A DNA stretch of 34,520 bases from a virus (Duplodnaviria > Caudoviricetes). The stretch covers positions 1 through 34,520 of IMG/VR virus record IMGVR_UViG_3300033407_000078. The stretch is one strand, 5' to 3'. The position numbers and the translations under genes were made by a program. The stretch's first letter is position 1. Each line of letters opens with the position of its first letter. A model generated the notes under the pieces. That model searched no databases, was not told the DNA's origin, and saw only the letters and a program-made list of their open reading frames with translations. Of this stretch, positions 24,866 to 32,203 are shown one piece after another.

Positions 24866-26607
24866 TACCAGGTGATTCCTTGCTTGGGTTGGTCGACCAC
24901 GCGCCAGCCCCAGTCATAGGGGTCGCTGACGGTCTGCTCCTCGCGTCCGCCCGCCACGGGGCGGCTGTTGCAGTGATAGCTACAGGTGTCCCAGTCGTGG
25001 TCGTTCGCGTTCGTGTCGGGCACCGCCGGGTTCTTCTCGTCAGCCGGCAGTTCTGGCAGCGTGTGGGTCGGGCCAGTCGTCACCACGCGGCCGTCGTCCA
25101 TCATGATCTGTGACTCCGTCGTCTTGGCGAAGAAGCGCAGCATGGACACCCACTCGCCGTCGATAGCGTGGTGGGGAACGTCCGTTATCAGCCGGTTGCG
25201 GATCTGCTCGGCGCCGTCCTCGCGACTGGTGGCGCTCTTGTGGCAGGGGCGCAGGCGCAGCCCAACGGAATTCATGATTTCACCGCGCGTCTCGCGCTCG
25301 GCCTGCTCGTTGTCTCGCGCCCACAATTGGCGGTCGGCGACGCCGGGAACGAGGCTTACGTCGTTGACGTCGTCCCACTCCTTGTCGACGATTTTGTACT
25401 GGCGGCCCGTGCGGTCCCTGACCCACAGCTCCTTGCTCTCGATTTCCTTGACCCGGTAGGCGACCTGCTTGGCCGTGAGTTTGCGAAAGCTGATGGCCCG
25501 GTAGCACACAGCCTCGCCGCTGGGACCGTGGGCGTACCAGTGAACGGCGGTCAGTCCGGGGTTCCAGCCGTAGTCGAGCGCCTTGCTTTTTTCCCACGAC
25601 GCGGGAATCGGAAACGGCATGACGACGTGCTTTTCCCTGTCCCACGCGTCGCCTACCCACGCGCCCTCTTCGGCGTCCCAGTCGTTGTAGAGCAGAACCG
25701 CGATCTGCTGCTTGCTCTTGCGGCGCAGGTTGGCCTCATAGCGGCCATCGCGCGTAAGCGCCGGGTTGTCGAGCACGTTACTCGGCGTGTACACCTGGTA
25801 GTCGGTAATCACGCGGCCGTCGGTTAGGCGCTTCTCGACCAGCACCTTGGTTTCCGGAGGCGCTGCCTTCACGTATCGCTCTTTCAGGTACTGCTTGGTC
25901 TCGGCGTTGCCCACGGCGTTGGTCAGGATGTAGAGCTGAAGCATGCGGCCGAGCACGGGATCTGTCGTCCGGATACGGCCGTCGATTTCCTCTATCTGCT
26001 TGACCGTGAAGTGGCACCCCTCGTCGAGGCTAACGCCGGTGTAGCTCTTGCCGTAGAACCGCATCCAGTCTTTGTCGTCGTGGCAGCTGGCGAACAGGAC
26101 TTGGTAGCCACACGTCGCGCACGTCCACGTCTTTCCCTTGTCGCGGTACTCGCCCATGTTCCCCTCGCCGGAGAAGTCGATCACGAACTCCGTGATGACC
26201 TCCTCGAGCTCGTCGAAGGTGCGGCGGACGAATAGCCAGCGACCCTTGCTCCGCTTGATCTCCCCGCGGCGAATCCGCTCGTGCTCGCCAGCGTGCTGTT
26301 TGAGCCACGCGCGGGCGCCGATATGACTTTTCCCTGGTCCGGCGCCTCCGCCGAGTAGCACCCAGCGGGCCATGGTGGCGAAGCCCTTCGTCTGCTGCCC
26401 GAGAAATGGCGCGAATTTGACGTGCGACGGCTTGTGGTCGAGGCACAGGCGCTCGCCGCGGATGTCGAAACACGCCGCCTCCGGGCATCCCGCCCGCGCG
26501 CAGGACCCGAATGGCTTTCGGCCGTGGCCATACCAGTTGTCGTCCGTGCGCAGCCACGCGCTGGCCGATAGGCCGCTGGGGACGGGGAGGCCGGCCTGCG
26601 CGCTCAT
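24865..26607 (-). CDS. terL: Terminase large subunit
   Basis: Walker A GGGAGPGKS, Walker B VSLDE, motif LTNA, nuclease ALDYG and NDHDWD. Start reassigned to ATG 26607 (ATGA overlap). Confidence 0.93.
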   Translation of the reverse strand: MSAQAGLPVPSGLSASAWLRTDDNWYGHGRKPFGSCARAGCPEAACFDIRGERLCLDHKPSHVKFAPFLGQQTKGFATMARWVLLGGGAGPGKSHIGARAWLKQHAGEHERIRRGEIKRSKGRWLFVRRTFDELEEVITEFVIDFSGEGNMGEYRDKGKTWTCATCGYQVLFASCHDDKDWMRFYGKSYTGVSLDEGCHFTVKQIEEIDGRIRTTDPVLGRMLQLYILTNAVGNAETKQYLKERYVKAAPPETKVLVEKRLTDGRVITDYQVYTPSNVLDNPALTRDGRYEANLRRKSKQQIAVLLYNDWDAEEGAWVGDAWDREKHVVMPFPIPASWEKSKALDYGWNPGLTAVHWYAHGPSGEAVCYRAISFRKLTAKQVAYRVKEIESKELWVRDRTGRQYKIVDKEWDDVNDVSLVPGVADRQLWARDNEQAERETRGEIMNSVGLRLRPCHKSATSREDGAEQIRNRLITDVPHHAIDGEWVSMLRFFAKTTESQIMMDDGRVVTTGPTHTLPELPADEKNPAVPDTNANDHDWDTCSYHCNSRPVAGGREEQTVSDPYDWGWRVVDQPKQGITW

Positions 26608-27104
26608 GGTGTGTGCTCGAACTCCTCGACCCACACGGCGCCCTCCAGGCTCCAGGCCCCGGCGTCATTCACAAGTACGCGCACGGCGTTGCCGGAGACG
26701 TCGAAGGTCATCGTCACGTCCGGCGTTAGGTTCTCCTGTGGGGTGTGCACTTCCGCCACGGCGCCAATGAGCGTCGGCGCACCGGTGACGCGCACATGGT
26801 TCGCGACTCGCTCGAAAAACGCACCCGCTGCCGACCCGACCACTTGAGCCTGGAGAACTGCACGGGTTTTCCTCGTCGTGTTTTCCGGCATTTCGCTGCT
26901 GGTGTAGACGACGTGGCTAACGCCGTCCGCCGCGGTGGAGAAAGCCTGCTTGGAATACCCGGCGCCCTCGATGTCCGTGGCGTGCGCGTTCACCGTGTCG
27001 CGCAGATCCTGTAGCAGGCGGTCGACGCGCTTGCCCTCCTCGGAGCCGAGTGCGGCGGTGCCCATGCGGCCGGGCGTGACGGGCTCGCGTACCCTACGCG
27101 CCAT
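26604..27104 (-). CDS. Hypothetical protein, short helix plus beta-sandwich (fibre/needle-like)
   Basis: 166 aa, overlaps both neighbours. RLLQDLRDTVN helix followed by a beta-rich domain. Confidence 0.6.
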   Translation of the reverse strand: MARRVREPVTPGRMGTAALGSEEGKRVDRLLQDLRDTVNAHATDIEGAGYSKQAFSTAADGVSHVVYTSSEMPENTTRKTRAVLQAQVVGSAAGAFFERVANHVRVTGAPTLIGAVAEVHTPQENLTPDVTMTFDVSGNAVRVLVNDAGAWSLEGAVWVEEFEHTP

Positions 27105-27516
27105 CGTCGCCCTCCACGGGTGTCACGTCGACGGCCTCGAGCTGCGCCTGCGTTTTGTCCTCGACGGGCAGGACGTACATGTCCGGCTCGCTCCGCGGCG
27201 GTCCCTGGTTGCGGGCCGCGCTCTGAAGGCGCACCTTGTGGCGCTCCTGGGCGGCCTTGAGGTAATAGGGAGTCTGCTTGTCGATGTTTAGGGCGTCGCG
27301 GGCTATCTGGATTTGCAGGGTGGACACGCCCTCGGCCCTGAGGGAGACCAAGATCTGGTCGGGCGTCTTGCCATCCGCAAGTTCGGCCTCCAAGCGCGGG
27401 GCGAGGTTCATTGCGCGCGTGATCGCGAGATCGTCCTCTGCCTGCTGCACGATGCCCTCGAGCAAGGCGCCGAGGCGTTCCTGACTCGGGTCAGCCACCG
27501 CCGCCCCCAACGACAC
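27094..27516 (-). CDS. Putative terminase small subunit
   Basis: 140 aa, helical, with a C-terminal VDVTP motif common in TerS-position proteins. Two genes upstream of TerL. Confidence 0.5.
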   Translation of the reverse strand: MSLGAAVADPSQERLGALLEGIVQQAEDDLAITRAMNLAPRLEAELADGKTPDQILVSLRAEGVSTLQIQIARDALNIDKQTPYYLKAAQERHKVRLQSAARNQGPPRSEPDMYVLPVEDKTQAQLEAVDVTPVEGDDGA

Positions 27517-27859
27517 GCGGCAGCCCCGGCAATGCGAACGTCTCTCCCCGGCGATCGAGGAAGTCAGCCAGGTCGCGGCCCTTGACTAGCCACGGCGCGC
27601 CCTTGCCCTCCTTGTTCGGCGTCAGTCGCGAGGCCTTGAGAATCCCGGACTGGCACGCGCGGGTGAGGGTTGACCGCTTGACGGGTAAGTACTTCTGCAC
27701 CTCGCTCAGGCGGTACCAGCGGTCGAGATCGAGTTTGTTGGTGGGGCGCTTCTGCACGGGGCGCCGCCATCGGGGCTCACGCGTGCCGTCGGGCAGCTCC
27801 TGGAAGTAGTCGCAGGGGCGGCCTTCGGCGTCGCGCGGTCGGTTCTCCCAGTCGGTCAC
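27491..27859 (-). CDS. Xis/MerR-like winged HTH DNA-binding protein
   Basis: WYRLSEVQKYLPVKRSTLTRACQSGILKASR...WLV...DL.DFL fits the HTH_17/excisionase pattern. Start reassigned to GTG 27859. Confidence 0.75.
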   Translation of the reverse strand: MTDWENRPRDAEGRPCDYFQELPDGTREPRWRRPVQKRPTNKLDLDRWYRLSEVQKYLPVKRSTLTRACQSGILKASRLTPNKEGKGAPWLVKGRDLADFLDRRGETFALPGLPRVVGGGGG

Positions 27860-28182
27860 TCCAGCCACTCCGGCAGCCGTTTGTGAGCCATGTCTTGCGC
27901 TGCGCGCGCCTGGAGCTCGTGCGGGTTGCGCCGGTATCCCCTGCGCATGCCCGACAGGTAACTCGCCCAGTAGCCCATCACCCAGCGGTGGAAATCCTCG
28001 CGCCACATTGCGTGCGCGAATTCGTGGACGCGCAGATATTGGCTCGGAAGTCCGCGGTACAGGATGAGGTGGCAGAAGGGCAGGGCGAGATACACGCCGT
28101 CGAAGTGAAACGGGAGCCACGGGACGACCAGTTCAAGCGCGCGTAGGCGCAGCGGCGGGCGTGGCTCGCGGAGGATTGTCAA
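27856..28182 (-). CDS. Minimal zincin-type (HEXXH) protein, DUF4157-like
   Basis: RVHEFAHAM and Y..NPHE.QA motifs. Confidence 0.7.
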   Translation of the reverse strand: MTILREPRPPLRLRALELVVPWLPFHFDGVYLALPFCHLILYRGLPSQYLRVHEFAHAMWREDFHRWVMGYWASYLSGMRRGYRRNPHELQARAAQDMAHKRLPEWLE

Positions 28183-28379
28183 GCGGCCGCCTCCTCTTTC
28201 GCGTCATCGTCGCGCCACCGGACGATCTGCACGTCGCCGTCAAGCGTGGTCAGGCTCCGGTGCGGCACCTCCGGCGAGTGGCCGGCGCCGAGGTAGCACC
28301 GCGAGGGCTTGCCCAGCAGAGTCGCCGCGGGGTGGAGTGCGAGACAGAGGCCGGTTCGGGCGTCGCTCATGTCGCTCAC
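28179..28379 (-). CDS. Small Cys/His hypothetical protein
   Basis: C...H...CYLGAGH....H pattern, 4-nt overlaps on both sides. Confidence 0.6.
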   Translation of the reverse strand: MSDMSDARTGLCLALHPAATLLGKPSRCYLGAGHSPEVPHRSLTTLDGDVQIVRWRDDDAKEEAAA

Positions 28380-29284
28380 TCGACCGGCCTCGGTCCGCCG
28401 CCCCAGTATTCGATTTCGCCGTCGATATTCAGCTTTGCCGGGTCGGTGACCCAGACGTTCGTGGCCACGATTTGCGGCGTGCTGTAGTGGTCGTTGTAGA
28501 CCTCGAGGCCGGCGTAGAGCGTCTCCTCGCTACCAGGGCCGTTCCACACGTAGTGCGGAATCGGGCCGACGTCGCGGGTGATATTGCACGCGGGACCGGG
28601 CCCCAACGTGCCGTTGATCGAGCCGAGAAACCGTGTGTCAACAGTGCCGCGGAACGAGTAGAGGTAGGCGCTTACCTGCGTGGAGACCGGGTCGCCATCC
28701 CCAAACGGCAGGACGGTGACCTCGCACTGCATATTCGACGACCCGCCCCCCCAGCGAAACCCCATCGAATTAAAGCCAGTGCCATCCCAGGGCGCGCCGC
28801 CGGCGAATTGGCTGTCACACGACAAGAGCACCCATTCATAGAACGGGACACACGGATAATTCAGGTCGCCGGTACTGATGCAAATGTCATCGCCGTTTAC
28901 CAGCACCCACCGCTTGATCACCGATACTCTCGTCCGGGAGGTGGTGTGGGTGACCCCGCTGTAGGGGTTGATGGCGGCTGCGCTGACCTGGCCCACTTCC
29001 ATATGCACGCGGTAGGTAGCGCGCACGGCATGCCCGAATATGTGCTCGTCGACGACGCGAGGGTCGCTCCATTCCGACTCCAGGCGCGCGAAGGTGTACA
29101 GGTGCAGGTCAGCGGCGTCGCGAGGGTAGCCCTCGAGCTCGCACGGGTCGGTCAGCGCCCTGGTCACGGCCTCGACCGGCTCATCCTGCGGCGGCAGGTG
29201 CTGCGGGCCGGGGATGGGAGCGGGGGCGCAGGCAAAACACGCGACACCGAGCGCTGCCACCCACCTCGCAAATCGCTTCAGCAT
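28376..29284 (-). CDS. Secreted / lipoprotein-like Cys-containing protein (302 aa)
   Basis: MLKRFARWVAALGVACFAC signal with an imperfect lipobox, Pro-rich linker and beta-rich mature region with several Cys. Confidence 0.7.
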   Translation of the reverse strand: MLKRFARWVAALGVACFACAPAPIPGPQHLPPQDEPVEAVTRALTDPCELEGYPRDAADLHLYTFARLESEWSDPRVVDEHIFGHAVRATYRVHMEVGQVSAAAINPYSGVTHTTSRTRVSVIKRWVLVNGDDICISTGDLNYPCVPFYEWVLLSCDSQFAGGAPWDGTGFNSMGFRWGGGSSNMQCEVTVLPFGDGDPVSTQVSAYLYSFRGTVDTRFLGSINGTLGPGPACNITRDVGPIPHYVWNGPGSEETLYAGLEVYNDHYSTPQIVATNVWVTDPAKLNIDGEIEYWGGGPRPVE

Positions 29285-29397
29285 GGCCCCACGTTGTCAT
29301 ACGTGGCCATGCACTACAAGGCATTACTTTGCACTATGTTGCCACTGCTCGCACGCACAGCGTTGACCAGCGGGCGCAGGAGACCCAGGATGCCGGC
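29285..29397. promoter_or_regulatory. Divergent promoter region with 10-bp phased repeats
   Basis: Minus strand: TTGTAG-N17-CAACGT-N6-ATG(29284). Plus strand: TTGACC-N17-CAGGAT-N6-ATG(29398). Repeats GCACTAC/GCATTAC/GCACTAT at 29311, 29321 and 29331. Confidence 0.55.
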
Positions 29398-29778
29398 ATG
29401 CGAAGGTTGGCGCTCCTGGCGGTGATAGCGTCGTGCGGCGAGGCGGGCGAGCTCCCGACGATCGGCCGGTGGAACATGGCGGGCTGCCCCCATGTCGACA
29501 GCGGCGTCTACCGGCGCGAGCTCGAGGTCTGCCAGGCCACGGACGTGCGAGAGGTGTTCATGGGCGGAGACGGCGCCTGGGAGACCGGCTGCGTGGTGGT
29601 CGACAGCCGCCGGAGAGGCGACACCTGCTCGAGGGACGTCACCCTGCAGTGCCCGGGGCGGACCTACGTCGGGCGCGTGTCGGTGCCGGCCGAGGGGCTG
29701 CTGCTATTCGACGGCGACGTCCTGGGCGAGCAGACGTGCCGGGGTAGCGTCACGCTTACGTGGCTTCGGGCGCTGTAG
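29398..29778 (+). CDS. Lipoprotein (126 aa), Cys-rich beta protein
   Basis: Start reassigned to ATG 29398: MRRLALLAVIASC, with lipobox IASC. High GC3. Six further Cys. Confidence 0.7.
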   Translation: MRRLALLAVIASCGEAGELPTIGRWNMAGCPHVDSGVYRRELEVCQATDVREVFMGGDGAWETGCVVVDSRRRGDTCSRDVTLQCPGRTYVGRVSVPAEGLLLFDGDVLGEQTCRGSVTLTWLRAL

Positions 29779-29782
29779 GGGT

Positions 29783-30157
29783 TCAAGGCTCCCTGCCCGA
29801 GAAGAAGTCCTCCAGCGCGGTGTCGACGAACTCCTTAGTATGGGTGCCCGGGCAGGACAGGCTGCGCGCCTTGAGGAAGCGAATCAGCTCGCCGATGTCC
29901 CGGCGCAAGCAGTTCACCTCGCAACTGAACGTGTCGGGGACCGGTTCGGGCATGCGGCTACGGTAGCGCGGAACGGCGTCGGACTCAAGCTCGGGCGGCA
30001 CTGCGATGTGCGTCGACTCGCCCTCGAGCTGTGCGCAGATCCACGCAGGGGCAATCAGGTACTCGCAGACGAATACGCGCGGGGACGCCGTCGCTCGGTG
30101 TCCGTCGCTGTCCAGGGGGCGAAGACAGGCGGGGCAGAGGGCGGATTCACTGGGCAT
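29783..30157 (-). CDS. Hypothetical protein with N-terminal CPAC
   Basis: Track ORF with AAGGAG upstream. Converges on the lipoprotein gene without overlap. Confidence 0.5.
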   Translation of the reverse strand: MPSESALCPACLRPLDSDGHRATASPRVFVCEYLIAPAWICAQLEGESTHIAVPPELESDAVPRYRSRMPEPVPDTFSCEVNCLRRDIGELIRFLKARSLSCPGTHTKEFVDTALEDFFSGREP

Positions 30158-30208
30158 TGCGGCAAAAGCTCCTTGTCCTGATTTTGCGCTGGGGTGGTCT
30201 GGAAACGG

Positions 30209-30254
30209 CCCCCCTCCCCCCTCCCTCCCCTGATACCCCCCCTAGGGGTGGGGG
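30209..30254. other. C-run/G-run element (G-quadruplex-capable on the minus strand), candidate packaging or terminus signal
   Basis: C6-T-C6-T-C3-T-C4-TGATA-C7-TA-G4-T-G5, including the palindrome CCCCTAGGGG at 30239-30248. Non-coding. Confidence 0.45.
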
Positions 30255-30337
30255 TTGTTGCGCATGACACGCATGTCACGCGCTGAACACGCGCGCATGT
30301 GAGAGAACGAAGTTTCTCAGCTAAGAGCGCGAATCCC

Positions 30338-30613
30338 CTAGAGAAGGTCCCGAAAATCTAGGGTGATCTCGTAGCCCAGCACAGCAGCAACGAGCAGGGA
30401 GACGCGCCAGACGCCATAGCCCACACCGCCGAGAGCGCCCAGGATGACGGCGCCGCCTACGATGGCTCCCGCTGCCTCGTCCCCCCTGTCACCGGCTACG
30501 AGCTTGCAGAGCCCCACGAAGACGGCGAGGCCGACGACCGCCGCGATCGCCCACCCGGCGAGGCCCAGTGCGCCCCATAGGATAGACCTACCGGTCTCGA
30601 GGAAGCCGCTCAC
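30338..30613 (-). CDS. Small membrane protein (2-3 TM, Gly-rich)
   Basis: Start reassigned to GTG 30613 (GGAGG upstream). Long hydrophobic GxxxG-containing segments. Confidence 0.65.
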   Translation of the reverse strand: MSGFLETGRSILWGALGLAGWAIAAVVGLAVFVGLCKLVAGDRGDEAAGAIVGGAVILGALGGVGYGVWRVSLLVAAVLGYEITLDFRDLL

Positions 30614-30745
30614 GCGCCCTCCCGGTTGGTAGTGGCGGTACCAGCTATGGCGCTCCTGTGATTCCGCGCAGTTAGCGGAACACCAAGAGAACCTGTACTG
30701 ATGATACAAAGTATCGCTGTCGTGTGTCGGCGTTGGTTCTCGTTG

Positions 30746-30979
30746 TCACTTCGCATCTTCTCCTCCTGCGTCGTGATTGGTTTGTGGCGTGCGTTGGTGA
30801 TGTGAAGCTTGGGGAGCGCCGGCGGGCTGGTCTCTCGTCTCGCCCATTTTCTCGTTGAACCATCCGAATGCCCCGGCCCCGCCCCGGTTGTCGTGGGGCA
30901 GGTTATCGAGCGGATGCGGCTTCCGGTCCGGTAACACCACGCCCGGCCACAGGTCGCTGGTGAACCACTCGCCCTTCAC
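30746..30979 (-). CDS. Hypothetical protein (77 aa)
   Basis: GTG 30979 overlaps the upstream TGA, with a GGGGAG SD. Confidence 0.45.
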   Translation of the reverse strand: MKGEWFTSDLWPGVVLPDRKPHPLDNLPHDNRGGAGAFGWFNEKMGETRDQPAGAPQASHHQRTPQTNHDAGGEDAK

Positions 30980-31185
30980 CTGCTCCCCCAGGCTCGCATC
31001 AAGTCCTGCTTCACGCCCTTCCATAGGTCAGCGCAGTTCGGGTGGTGAACGCCGACGCCACCGCCCTGGGTATCGAGTCCGCCTAAGCCGCAGCTACAGC
31101 CACCCGTCCCGTCGCTCCCCTCATTGCGGGCCGCATGGCCATCCGAGCCTGGCGGCGATTCGGGGCGGCCCTCGCTCTTCTCCAT
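30976..31185 (-). CDS. Hypothetical Cys/His microprotein (69 aa), probably leaderless
   Basis: ATG 31185 lies 7 nt after a -10 box. CSCG...HHPNC motif. Confidence 0.55.
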   Translation of the reverse strand: MEKSEGRPESPPGSDGHAARNEGSDGTGGCSCGLGGLDTQGGGVGVHHPNCADLWKGVKQDLMRAWGSR

Positions 31186-31221
31186 GTAGGCCAGGTTAGA
31201 GCCGGTGCATCTCGGTGGCAA
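31186..31221 (-). promoter_or_regulatory. Sigma70-type promoter TTGCCA-N17-TAACCT
   Basis: TTGCCA at 31221-31216, 17-nt spacer, TAACCT at 31198-31193, ATG at 31185. Confidence 0.65.
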
Positions 31222-31605
31222 GGGGGATTTGGTGAGGCGCCTTGCACAGTCTTGCGCTGGTCCGAGTTATTGAACGGCGTTCAACTGCTGCCTGTCCCTG
31301 CGCTCTGGGTGGCTTCCCCGATCGCTGAGGCTAGGGGATCTTTCTCGATCCCGTCTGCGCGCGCGCGTGAGGGCTAATGCAGCACATCCCGGGAAATCCT
31401 GTCAAGGGGGTTGTGGATTCCCCTTTGCTCACCGATGGTTGCGCCTTGCGTGCACAACTCTCTCGGTGGCCAGGGCGCGCGGTTGACGCGAGTTACGTGC
31501 TCTGCGTCACCAAACTAGCGCCTCAAACTCGGTCAGCTTCGCGTCGTTACAAACGGGGTCGCCGATTTACCCGTTTCACCTGTCAATGCCCACGGTTGCG
31601 AGTGT
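31222..31605 (-). promoter_or_regulatory. Non-coding control region with repeated -35-like boxes, short repeats and hairpins
   Basis: TTGACAGG at 31405-31398 and 31586-31579. Repeats TCTCGGTGGC, GCGCCTTGC and CAAGGGGG each occur twice. No minus-strand ORF in the track. Confidence 0.5.
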
Positions 31606-31848
31606 TTACCTGCGCCGTTTGAGCGACTTCGCCAGGTCACCCGGCTGAGGGCCGTCCTTCGGGAAGTCGCCAAGAAGCTCCACCGGCGCGTCCGGGTCCC
31701 ACGTGGCCTTCGGCGGTGGCGCCTGCTCGGCGGCGTGGGATCTCCTCACCTCACACACCACGCTACACCACGGCCGATACGCGATTCGGTCGTCGTAATT
31801 CGTGTACTCCCGCCCACACTCGGGACACACGTCAACGAAGGCTGCCAC
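31606..31848 (-). CDS. Zn-finger-like hypothetical protein
   Basis: CPECG...WCSVVC pattern (YacG-like spacing). Confidence 0.6.
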   Translation of the reverse strand: MAAFVDVCPECGREYTNYDDRIAYRPWCSVVCEVRRSHAAEQAPPPKATWDPDAPVELLGDFPKDGPQPGDLAKSLKRRR

Positions 31849-31893
31849 CGTCGTCCATCTCCATCGCCAGGTTCATCGTCTCTTGCGTGTAGG

Positions 31894-32097
31894 TCACGGC
31901 CACTTATCCGGGAGGTGCGCCTTGGCCTGCTCGATCAGGCGGATCAGGTCGTCGCAGTCCTCCTTGCTGAGCAGGTGATTACCCTCGGAGCTGCCCTTGT
32001 TCCAAAACTCGACGGTGGCGTACTGCATGCCCACCTTCGGGTTTGCCACGGCGAACCACTCGCCCTCCTCGAGATACACCTGATTTTCCTTCGGCAT
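31894..32097 (-). CDS. Hypothetical protein (67 aa)
   Basis: Strong AGGAGG SD and coding-like composition. Confidence 0.7.
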   Translation of the reverse strand: MPKENQVYLEEGEWFAVANPKVGMQYATVEFWNKGSSEGNHLLSKEDCDDLIRLIEQAKAHLPDKWP

Positions 32098-32203
32098 CTT
32101 TAGGCTCCTCCTTCACTCAGCTCGCCCACCATCGCATCCAGCCCCGTCCCCCGCAACGCCCACACGCCCGGGGAAGACGCGTGGGCGAGAACGTGGGCGC
32201 GGG

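Noticed and set aside
27491-27859. Excisionase implying an integration module here
   Set aside because: There is no integrase or att-like context in the window. The fold is shared with many regulators.
745-29425. Many long plus-strand ORFs in the track (e.g. 8745..9641, 18377..19399, 28337..29425)
   Set aside because: They are antisense shadows of high-GC3 minus-strand genes, with R/A/P/G-rich composition and no motifs.
31222-31605. tRNA gene or CRISPR mini-array in the long intergenic region
   Set aside because: No cloverleaf or T-loop consensus was found. The repeats are only 8-10 bp and irregularly spaced.
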